This document shows, piece after piece, positions 1-12,000 of a stretch of DNA of 64,000 bases. Position 1 is the stretch's first letter, and the number at the start of each line of letters is the position of its first letter. The stretch is from NCBI GenBank assembly GCA_027006055.1, contig JALTKX010000085.1, positions 668-64,667 on the forward strand. Direction: 5' to 3'. Below the pieces are notes generated by a model. The model was given only the letters and a program-made list of their open reading frames with translations. It was not told the origin of the DNA and did not search any database. The stretch is from Calditrichia bacterium (GTDB lineage: Bacteria; Calditrichota; Calditrichia; Calditrichales; J004). The position numbers were made by a program, and so were the translations under genes.

Positions 1-1
1 T

Positions 2-3000
2 CAGATGGAACAGATTGAAGTGGACGCCGGTACCTCCACCTTTGACATCACCGTTTCCCTTGCTGACCAGACCAAAGGGCTTCTGGCTTCGGTGGAATAT
101 TGCACCGACCTGTTTGAGCGGGAAACCATCGAACGTTTTATCCGTCAATATGAAAACCTGCTGGCGGCGGCGATCGAACGTCCCGGCAGTCCCATCAGTA
201 AGCTGCCCGTCCTCAATGCCCGGGAAGAACATCTCATCCTGAAAGAGTGGAATCATTCTGATGTGCATTACGACTGGCGGCGTTGCATGCACCATCTGGT
301 GGAAGAAGAAGCGCGCCGTCAACCCGGGGCCGCGGCCGTGGCCATCGCCGGGCGTTACCTGACTTATGAACAATTAAACCGCCGCGCCAACCAACTGGCC
401 CGACATCTGCGGACGATGGGAGTTGGCCCCGAAACGCCCGTCGGCATCAGTCTGGAAAAATCCCTGGATTTAATGGTGGCCGTGTTGGGCGTGCTTAAGG
501 CCGGAGGCGGTTACGTGCCCATGGACCCCGACTATCCGCCCGAGCGCCTGGCCTATATGATCAGTGACTCGGCCACGCCGGTTTTGATCACCCATAGCCA
601 TCTTCTGGAGCGCCTGCCGCAAACACAGGCTGAAATTCTCTGCCTGGACAGCGAACGGGAGACCCTGGAAGGCTATGAAACGGATAACCCGGATGTTCCG
701 GTCCTCCCGCAAAACATGGCCTATATGATATATACCTCCGGCACCACGGGACAGGCCAAGGGCACCGTTATCAGCCACCAAAGCTGGGTGAACTCCTATT
801 ACGCCTGGGAAGAGGCCTATGAACTCAAAACCCGTTGCCGCTCGCACCTGCAAATGGCCAACTTCTCCTTTGATGTTTTTGCCGGTGATACCATCCGCGC
901 CCTTGCTTCCGGCGGAAAGATGACGCTTATCCCCAGGGAGACGCTGCTCAATGCCGAAATGCTCTACCGGGAAATGCTGCGCGAGCAGATCACCATTGCC
1001 GAATTTGTTCCGGCGGTACTGCGCAATCTGACCGGCTATCTTGACGAGATCGGCAAAGACCTCTCCTTTATGCGCTGCCTGATCGCCGGCTCGGACGCCT
1101 GGTACGTGGGCGAATACCGGCGTTTTATGGAATACGGCGGCAGCGAAACCCGTCTGATCAACTCCTTCGGTCTTACCGAGGCCGCCATCGACAGTACCTA
1201 TTTTGAAGCCAGCAAACTCGACCTGCCGGCGGATCGCAACGTGCCCATCGGCCGTCCCTTTGCCAATATGCAGGTCTATATTGTGGACAGCCATCTTAAC
1301 CCCCAACCCATCGGCGTGCCCGGAGAAATTTGCGTGGGCGGCGCGGGCGTGGCCCGGGGCTACCACGGCCGGCCGGAGCTGACGGCGGAGAAGTTCATTC
1401 CCGATCCCTTTGGCGGCCAACCCGGCGCGCGCATGTACCGCACCGGCGATAAGGGGAAATTTCTGCCCGACGGCAACATCGAGTTTATGGGCCGTATCGA
1501 CTTTCAGGTCAAATTGCGCGGTTTTCGCATAGAGCTGGGCGAAATAGAATCCGGCCTGGCCCGTCATCCGGCCATCGATCACGCGGTGGTCATCGTCCGT
1601 GAGGACGCCCCGGGCGATAAGCGGCTGGTGGCCTACTATACCCTGGAACGGGAACCCGCGCCGGGTCTTTCGGCCCTGAAATCCTTTTTATTGGAAAAGC
1701 TGCCCGACTACATGATACCCAACGCCTTCGTACGGCTGGAGGAGATCCCCCTCACTCCCAACGGCAAGGTGGATCGCAAAGCCCTGCCCAAACCGGATGA
1801 AAAGGATTTTGGGGCCATGGAAAGCTATGTAGCCCCGCGTAATGAGGCCGAGGAGAAAATGGCCGCCGTATGGGCCGAGGTACTGGGACTGGAAAAAGTG
1901 GGCGTAAACAACAACTTTTTTGATTTGGGAGGCCATTCCCTGTTGGCCACGCAACTGATCTCCCGCGTCCGGGAGACCTTTGACCTCGATATCCCCCTGC
2001 GATCCATTTTTGAACATCCGACCGTGGCCGGGCTGGCGGAGAAGACAGAGATTGCCCGGCGGGGCACCCCCACGGTGCAGGCGCCGCCGATCATGGCCGT
2101 TTCACGCTCCGGCGAGTTGCCGCTCTCCTTTGCCCAGCAGCGGCTGTGGTTCCTAGAAGAGCTGGAACCGGGCACGGCCAACTACAACATTCCCGAGTCG
2201 GTACGCATCAAGGGCAAGCTGGACGCCGACCTCTTTCAACGCTGCCTGAACACCATTATTGCCCGGCATGAAAACCTGCGCACCAATTTCATCAGCCGGG
2301 ACGGGCACCCCGCGCTGGTGATCCACAAGGAACGCACCGTGGAACTGGAACGCTTTGATCTGCGGGCGATGGAAGCGGAAGAGCGTGAACGGGAGGCCCC
2401 GCGCATTGCCGACCGCTTCGCCAAAACCATTTTCAACCTGTCCGAGGGCCCGCTGCTGCGCGCCGGTCTTATTCACATGGGCGAAGATGATTTTATATTG
2501 CTGGTGACCATCCATCACATCATCAGCGACGACTGGTCCACCCAGGTTTTTATCCGCGAGCTGGGTATTCTTTACGAGGCTTTCCTCAGGGATGAGCCCT
2601 CTCCCCTGCCACCCCTGCCGGTGCAATACGCGGACTTTGCCCATTGGCAGCAAACCTGGCTTTCCGGCGAGGTACTGGAAGAGCAGCTGGCCTTTTGGCA
2701 AAAGACCCTGGACGGAGTTTCGCCGGTACTGGAACTGCCGACCGATCGTCCGCGTCCCAAAGTGCCCTCGCAAAGGGGCAGCTATCTTACCTTTTCCTTT
2801 ACGCCGGCCGAAAGCGCGGAGATCAACACCTTTACCCGGGATCACGGCCTGACGCCCTTTATGACCCTGCTGGGCGCCTTTGAAACACTGCTTTACCGCT
2901 ACAGCGGACAGGAGAGTTTCAGCATCGGCACGCCCATCGCCAATCGTAACCGCGCCGAAACGGAACCCCTGATCGGTTTTTTTGTCAACACCCTGGTGCT

Positions 3001-6000
3001 GCCGGCCCGGCTGGAATCCCGGCCCACCTTTAACAGGCTGCTGGAACAGATCCGGGAAACCGCCCTGGACGCCTTTGCCCACCAGGATGTGCCCTTTGAA
3101 AAAATCGTCGACAGGCTTCAACCGGAACGCAGCATGAGCCACACGCCTCTTTTCCAGGTAATGTTTGCCCTGCAAAATGCCGGGAAACCGGCCAGTGGTC
3201 GGGCCGATGACCCCGACGCCGCTTTTCGGGTGGAACCGGTGGAGGCCCACAGCGGCATGTCCAAGTTCGATATCACCCTGTTTATGCTGGAACAGGAAGA
3301 GGCCTGGGCCGGGGCCTTTGAATATGCCACCGATCTCTTTGATGCCGAAACCATGGAACGCATGGCCGCCCACTTTAGGCTGCTTACCATGCAACTGATC
3401 CGGCATCCCCATACGTCCATAGAGGCCGTGCCTTTTATAGACGAACGGGAGCGGGCGCTGCTCATCACGGAGTATAACACCCCTCCGGCGCCGCCGCTAC
3501 CCTTTGACAACATTGTCTCTCTTTTGGAAGACCAGGCCGAACGCTCCGCCGACAAGATTGCCCTGGAGCAGGACGGCGTGCGCTACAGCTACGGCGAATT
3601 CAACAACGAGGTTAATCGTCTGGCCCATCTACTCATCGAAAAGGGACTGGGCGCCGAGCAGCGTGTCGGTCTCTGTTTTGAGCGCGGCCCGGAAATGATC
3701 ATCGCCCTGTTCGCCATCCTTAAAAGCGGAGCGGCCTATGTGCCCATAGACCCGGCCTATCCCGCGGAACGTATCGCCTATATGACGGATGACGCCGGGC
3801 TGGCCCTTATTCTGTACCATCAACCCACGGCGGCGGTTTTGGAAAGCTTGTCCCCGGATGTTCCGAGGCAGGCGGTCACCCTTTCTCCCCGGGAGCCTTC
3901 CGGCGGGCAGATAAGCAATCCCCAAACCGCCCTGGCCGCCGAACAACTGGCCTATATGATCTATACCTCCGGCTCCACCGGCCGGCCCAAGGGCACCCTG
4001 ATCACCCACGGCGGACTGATGCACTACCTGAACTGGGCGTCCCGGGGCTATCCCCTTAAGGAAGGACGCGGTTCCCTGGTACATTCCACCCTGGCCTTTG
4101 ACGCCACGGTGACCGCCGTATACACCCCCTTGCTGAACGGGCAAACCATCACCCTGGCGGACAACGGAAACGATTTGGAAGCGCTGGCCGGGGCCCTGAC
4201 CCGCTACAAGGATTTTAACATCGTCAAAATCACCCCGGCCCATCTTGAGCTGTTGGCGCACCAGATTCCACCCGCCCAGGCCGCCGCCCTGAGCCGCGCC
4301 TTTGTTATAGGCGGGGAAAACCTGAGCGCCGATCAGATAGCCTTTTGGCAAAAGTACGCGCCGGACGCGCATCTTTTTAATGAATACGGCCCCACGGAAA
4401 CGGTAGTGGGCTGCGTGGTTTTTGACGCCCGGGGCTGGCAGGGGCAGGGCTCCGTGCCCATCGGCCGCTCCATTCCCGGAACCCCGGTTTATGTTTTGGA
4501 CAGCCGCCTGCAACCGGCGCCTCACGGCGTTCCCGGCGAGCTCTATATCGGGGGTGCGGGCGTGGCCCGGGGCTATCACCGGCGGCCGGAGCTGACTGCG
4601 GAACGTTTTTTACCCGATCCCTTTGGCCCGCCGGGCAGCCGAATGTATAAAACCGACGACATCGTCCGCTATCTGAACAACGGCCTGTTGATCTTTCTGG
4701 GCCGCGCCGATGATCAGGTTAAGGTGCGCGGCTACCGTATTGAATTGGGGGAAATTGAAAGCCTGCTCAATGAACAGCCACAGGTAAGAGAGGCCGTGGT
4801 TGTGGTACGCGAGGACGCGCCCGGGGATAAGCGCATAGTGGCCTACTGGGTTCCCGCCGACAAAGCGGCACAACCGGAAGCCCTCCGCCAGGCCCTGGCC
4901 CTGGCCCTGCCCGAATATATGCAGCCTACGGCCTTTGTCCCCCTGGAAAGCATTCCGCTGACGCCCAACGGCAAGGTAGACCGCAAGGCGCTGCCCGCCC
5001 CGGAGCTGGACCGCTCGGCGCTTTCCCGCGAATACATCGCCCCGGAAACCGAAAGCGAAAGAAAGCTGGCGGAAATCTGGGCGGCCCTTCTGCAGGTGGA
5101 GCAGGTGGGCAAGCTGGATAATTTCTTTGAGTTGGGCGGCCATTCCCTGCTGGCGACCCAGCTTATGGCCCGTATCCGGGAACAGTTTTCCCTGGAGGCG
5201 CCGCTGCGTCTGTTATTTGAAACCCCCACGCTGGAAGGGCTGGCCGGACGGCTGGATACCCTGGAAGCGGGCGCGACGGCCGCCCTGCCCCCCTTAAAAC
5301 CCATGCCCCGCGAGGAGCCCCTGCCTCTTTCATTTGCCCAGCAAAGGTTGTGGTTCCTCGATCAGCTCAATCCGGGCAGCGCCCTTTATAACATCCCCGC
5401 CGCCTTTATTTTAAAGGGCGAGCTGGATCATGAGGCCCTGCGGCGCACCCTGAACGCCATCGCCGAACGTCACGAAACCCTGCGCAGCACCTTCGACAGC
5501 CTACAGGGTAAACCCTTTGTGGTCATCCATGACCATTTGGAGCCGGAGATCGAATTCAGAGATATCCGCGAAACGGAACCGGCGGAACGCCAGCGCCGCG
5601 CCCGCCGCATGGCCGCCGAAGAGGCCATCCGACCTTTTGATCTGCATAAAGGCCCCCTGCTGCGCTTAAGCGTTATCCGTCTTGAGGAACAAAGTCATCT
5701 TCTGATCCTGAACATGCACCACATCATTTCGGACGGATGGTCCACATCGGTGCTGATGCGCGAGGTAAGCCTGTTGTACCGGGCCTTTGCCCTGGGAGAA
5801 ACAGCGCCGCTGCCGCCGTTACCGCTGCAATATACCGACTACGCCATCTGGCAGCGCCGCTGGCTGGTGGACGAGGCCCTGGAAGAACAGATGGCCTACT
5901 GGAAGGAAAAAATCGGCCTTAATCCCCCTCCGCTGCAACTGCCCACGGATCATGCGCGGCCGGCCATGCAAACCTTTAACGGCGCCGTGCTGGACTACGC

Positions 6001-9000
6001 TCTGGATACGAAATTGACGGAAGCGGTAAAGACCCTGGCCCTGGCAAACAACCACACCCTTTATATGGTGTTGATGGCCGTCTGGAAAATTTTGATGTTT
6101 AAATACAGCGGTCAGGAAACCATTTTTACGGGCACGCCCGTGGCCAACCGCCGCTTCCGGGAAACCGAACCGTTGATCGGCTTTTTTGTCAACACCCTGG
6201 TAATGCGCGCCGATATCGACAACGGCCTGACCTTTATGGATGTTTTAGATCAGATCCGGCAAAACAGCCTGGAGGCCCAGGCCCACCAGGACATTCCCTT
6301 TGAACAGTTGGTGGACGCCCTGGTTCAGGAACGCGATATGAGCCGCTCCCCGTTGTTTCAGGTGATGTTTGTACTGCAAAACACCCCGGCAGCCGCCATG
6401 GAAAACGACGGGCTGACCATCGAAGCCTTTGAGAGCGACGAACAGATAGCGAAGTTTGACCTGACCCTTTCCATGCTGGAAAGTCCCTCCGGCCTCAAGG
6501 CGCAGTTGGAATACAACACCGACCTTTTTAAGGCAGCCACGGCCCGGCGTATTATGGAACACTTCCGCTTGTTGCTGCAACAGGTGACGGCGGAGCCCGG
6601 ACGGCCCGTTGGCGCCCTGAGCCTGATGGACGACGAGGCCCTTGCCGCCCAAAGCCGTTTCCTTGTGGGTGGAGCGCATCCCTTTCCCGACGAACATCTT
6701 ATTCATCAGCTCTTTGAGCAAACGGCCGAAGCCTTTGCCACCAAAGAGGCCCTGCGCTACAAACATGAAAGTTATACCTTTAACGATTTAAACCGCGCCG
6801 CCAACCGCCGGGCCCATCAACTGCGCCGGGCGGGACTGAAGGCGGAGCAGTTGGTCGGCATCTCGCTGGAACGCTCCCCCCACATGGTTATCGCCCTGTT
6901 GGCCGTCCTTAAGGCCGGTGGCGTATATGTGCCCATAGACCCCGAATATCCCGATGAGCGTATCCGCTATATTTTAAAGGATGCGGGTATTGGCATGCTG
7001 CTGACCACGAAAAAGACCATGCAACGGCTGCGGAGCGTTCTTGAGCGGAACGGCCCGGAGACCATCCTATTCCTGGACGAGGAAGCGGACGAAAAATTAC
7101 CGGACGACAATCCCATGGCGGTTAATCATCCGCGCAACATGGCTTATATGATCTACACCTCCGGCTCCACCGGCCGGCCCAAGGGCACCATGGTGGAACA
7201 TCGCAGCCTGTGTAACCTGACCACCTTTCAGATCAAGGACTTTCTGCTTAACGAACACAAGCGCTGCCTGCAATTTGCCAGTTTCAGCTTTGACGCCTCC
7301 GTATCGGAAATATTTACCACGCTGGTCAGCGGCGCCACGCTGGTGCTGGCCGATAAGGAAGAGATGATGCCCGGACCCGGACTGGTCAGGCTGATGCGTG
7401 ATGAACATATCACCACCATCACCCTGCCGCCCTCCGTTTCGGCCCTGCTTGAGCCGGAGGATTTCCCGGAACTCGAAACGCTGGTTTCCGCCGGAGAAGC
7501 CCTTTCGCCGGAGGTGGCCAACCGTTGGCGCATCAACAACCGTCGGCTGATCAATGCCTACGGGCCCACGGAAAACACCGTCTGCGCCACCCGCCATGTC
7601 CTCCATCATCCCGAAGAGCACTCCAGCGTGCCCATCGGCTCGCCCATAGACAACGTGCGGGTTTATGTGCTGGACAGCCGGTTGCAGCCGCAACCCTTTG
7701 GCGTGCCCGGAGAACTTTATCTGGCCGGAGACAGCCTGAGCCGCGGCTATTTTAAGCGTCCCGATCTGACGGCGGAACGTTTTGTGCCGGAGCCCTTTAG
7801 CGGCATTCCCGGCGCGCGCATGTACCGCACCGGAGACCGCGTGCGTTTGTTGGACAGCGGCCTTCTGGAATTTTTGGGACGCATGGACGAGCAGTTGAAA
7901 TTGCGCGGTTTCCGCATAGAACCCGGTGAAATCGAACATCAGTTGCGGCAATACCCCGCCGTTACCGACGCCGTGGTTATGGTGCGCGAGGCCGCGGGAC
8001 AACAGCATCTGGTGGCTTACTATATTGCCTCCGGCGAGATAGAGACCGGCGCCCTGCGCGCCCATATGGCCGGCCGCCTGCCCCACTACATGCAACCGGC
8101 GGCCTATGTGCATTTACAGTCCTTTCCCTTAACGCCCAACGGAAAAGTGGATAAGCGCGCCCTGCCGGAACCGCAATGGTCGGCGTCCGACACGCAACGT
8201 CCCTATCAGGCCCCGCGCAACGAAGATGAGGCGAAAATGGCCGGTATCTGGCGCGAAGTGCTGAACCGGGAGAAGATCAGCATCCATGACAACTTTTTTG
8301 AAATAGGCGGCCACTCCCTTTTGGCCACGCAGTTGGTCAGCAGGGTGCGCGATCTTTTCGAAACCGAGGTGGAGCTGCGTCTGCTTTTTGAAGCCCCCAC
8401 CATAAGCGCCTTTACCGCCCAGGTGCTGCAAAGCGCCTTGCAGGGCGGCGCGGGCCGGGGTATCCCCCTGGCGCCCGTGGAGCGCAATCAACGGCTGCCG
8501 CTTTCCTTTGCCCAGCAGCGTCTGTGGTTTCTGGATCAACTGGCGCCCGATCAATCCTTTTACAATATCCCGGCTTCCATCCGTCACCGCGGCAAGCTGA
8601 ATATCGGAGCTTTCAAAAAAACCGTCGAGGCCCTGATTATGCGTCATGAGGTATTGCGCACCACCTTTGGCGTGGAAGAGGGACAACCCTATCAGATAAT
8701 TCATCCCCGTTCCATCACCGAGGTGGATGTTATCGATCTGACAACGGTTGAAGAACAGGCGCGCGAGGAAGAGGCCCGGCGGTTGGTGAACGAGGAAGCC
8801 AACGAATCCTTTGATCTGGAACTGGGGCCCCTGTTCCGCGCCAAAATCGTCATCATCGCCCCCGATGACCACCTGGTGCTGTTTACCATGCATCACATCA
8901 TCTCCGACGGCTGGAGCGTGGGCATATTGATGCGCGAATTCACCATTCTTTACCAAAGTTTTGAACGGGGCCGGGAAAATCCCCTGCCGCCGCTGCCCCT

Positions 9001-12000
9001 GCAATATGCCGATTATGCCGTGTGGCAGCGTTCCTGGCTAAAGGATGAGGAGTTGCAAAAGCAGATTGACTACTGGAAAGAGCATATCGGCCTGAATCCG
9101 CCGGTATTGCAATTGCCGCTGGACTTCCAACGGCCGGCGGTACAGACCTTTAACGGCGACAGCCTGCCCTTTACCGTGGAGCAGGAAACCCTGGAAAAAC
9201 TGAAAGCCTTCGGCCAGCAGGAAGGCGTTACCCTGTTCATGACCCTTTTGGCGGCCTTTCAAACCTTTTTACATCACTACAGCGGGCAGGATGAAATACT
9301 GGTCGGTTCGCCCATTGCCAACCGTACCCGCTCGGAAACGGAGGCCCTGATCGGCTTTTTTGTCAACACGCTGGTCTTCCGCGCCGACTTTGACGAGCGG
9401 CTCACCTTCCGCCAGCTTCTGGCCCGCACGCGAAAGGATACCCTGGACGCCTACGGCCATCAGGATTTACCTTTCGAACAACTGGTGGAAATTCTTCAAC
9501 CCGAAAGGGACATGAGCCACTCGCCCGTTTTTCAGGTGATGTTTGTGTTGCAGAACACGCCCAGCGGCGAGGTGGATATGGGCGACAGCCGCATCCGCCC
9601 CATCGAGGCCGAACAGAAAATCGCCAAATACGACCTTTCGCTGATCGCCATGGAAAGCCCCCACGGGCTGCAGGTGGAGTTTGAATACAACACCGATCTC
9701 TTCCATGAAAAAACCATCCGGCGCATGCAGGAGCGCTTCGCCTTTCTGCTGGAGATGCTGGCCGATCAGTGCGACCGGCCGGTCAGCGCGCTCTATTTGC
9801 TGCCGGACAAGGAGCGTGAAAAGGTGCTGGCCCTGGGTCGCGGACAGCGGCATCCCGCTCCCGGCCGGGAATTGATACAGCATCTTTTTGAAGAAACGGT
9901 TCTGCGCTATCCTCATCATACGGCGGTGGTTTTTAAGGATCGTTCGCTGAGCTTTAAGGAATTGAACGAACGGGCCAACCGCCTGGCCCGTTTTCTGCGG
10001 GATAGCGGCGTCGGCCCGGAAAAACTGGTGGCCATTTCGCTGGAGCGCTCCGTGGAGATGGTCGTGGGCCTGCTGGCCGTTATCAAGGCCGGCGGGGTTT
10101 ATGTGCCCGTGGACCCCGATTATCCGCTGGAACGTATCTCCTATATTTTAGAGGACGCCAAAAGTCCCTGGCTGCTGACCTCCCGCGCGCTCGGGGAGCG
10201 CTTCCGGGATTTAGATGCCCGGCTTATTATGCTGGACGACCCCCTGCCCGGGGCATACCGGGAAAAAACGGAAAATCCGCGCTATCTCAACCAGCTGGAG
10301 AATCTGGCCTATGTGATATACACCAGCGGCTCCACCGGCCGGCCCAAGGGCACCATGCTTACCCATCGCGGCCTGTGCAACCTGACCCTGCGGCAGATTG
10401 AGGATTTTCAGCTTACCCCGGAACGGCGCTGTCTGCAGTTTGCCAGTTTCAGTTTCGACGCCTCCGTCTCGGAGATATTCACCACCCTGGTCAGCGGCGC
10501 CGCCCTTTATCTTATGGACAGGACCACCCAAACATCCACAAAAAAACTGACCGGCCTGATGCGCGACAGCCGCATCACCACGGTAACGCTGCCGCCATCG
10601 CTTCTCACTATTCTCAAGGATGAACCACTGCCGGATCTGCACACGCTCATTTCCGCCGGTGAAGCGCTGGCTCCCGATCTGGCGCGCCACTGGTCTGCTA
10701 AGTGCCGTCTGCTTAACGCATACGGCCCCACGGAAAACACCGTCTGCGCCAGCCGTTATGAGGTAAGTCCGGAGGAAAAACGGGCCACCATTCCCATCGG
10801 CGCGGCCCTGGGTAATGTGCGCCTTTATGTTTTGGATGAGAATATGAACCTGACGCCTACCGGACTGCCGGGCGAACTTTACCTGGCCGGAACCAACCTG
10901 GCCCGGGGCTACCTTAATCGTCCCGACCTGACCGCGGAGCGTTTTCTCCCCGATCCCTTTGACGGGGAGCCCGGCGCGCGTATGTACCGCACCGGCGACA
11001 GGGTGCGCTGGCTGGAAAGCGGACATCTGGAATTTCTGGGCCGGGCGGACAGCCAGTTAAAAGTGCGCGGTTTCCGTATAGAGCCCGGAGAGATCGAGGC
11101 GCGCATGCGGTCCCATCCCGCCGTGAAAGACGCGGTTTTGAACCTTGCCCGCGGCGGGAACGGCGTTTCCTATCTGGCCGCCTATGTTATCTGGAAGGAA
11201 GAGGCCCGGCCGGAAGCCTTGAAAACGGCCCTGAGCGAACACCTGCCGGACTATATGGTTCCCGCCGTCTATATCGCCCTGGAACAGATACCGCTTACGC
11301 CCAATGGCAAGGTGGATTATCGCGCCCTGCCCCAGGCGGCCCTACAGGCGGAAACGGCCGGCAGCGAATACATCGCGCCGCGTAACGCCATGGAAACGCG
11401 CCTGGCGGAGATATGGGAAACCATACTCGGCGTTACGAATGTGGGCGTGCGGCACAGCTTTTTTGAACTGGGCGGCCATTCGCTGATGGCCATGCAGTTG
11501 TTGAACGCCATCGAGAAGCAGTTTAAAAAAGACGTCACCCTGATCGACTTCTTTAAGGAACCCACCATAGAGCATCTGGCCGCCCTGCTTACGGAAGAGC
11601 ACACCGAAGAGAGCGGTGTCAGGCTGATGCAACTGGCGAAAGGCGCGGCCAACCGGCCGGCCGTCTTTTTTGTCCATCCCTCGGGCGGCGCCGTGCACCA
11701 TTATCAGGAACTGGCCGGGCGCCTGACCGCGGGATTGCGTTTTTACGGCATTCAGGCCCAGGGGCTGGACGGAAAAACGCCCCTGCATAAAACCATAGAG
11801 GAGATGGCCGAGGCCTATATCGGCGCCATGAAGGAAGAACAGGCGGAAGGCCCCTATATCCTGGGCAGTTGGTCGCTGGGTGTTATCATCTCCTACGAAA
11901 TGGCCCGGCAGCTGCGCGCCCGGGGCGATGAGGTGGCCCTGCTGATGCAACTGGATCAGGGGCCCTTTGTTGAACATAAAAGTCCCGAGGATACCGCCGA

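Noticed and set aside
470-11977. Many long antisense or off-frame ORFs inside the NRPS gene. Examples are 470-1582, 2153-3412, 3629-4579, 7097-8113, 8129-9004, 10211-11026 and 11342-11977 on the minus strand, plus shorter + strand ones.
   Set aside because: They lie wholly within a gene whose forward frame carries dense, ordered NRPS motifs. Their translations are low-complexity and Gly/Ala/Arg/Pro-rich, with no motifs. This is the usual shadow-ORF pattern of GC-rich coding DNA.
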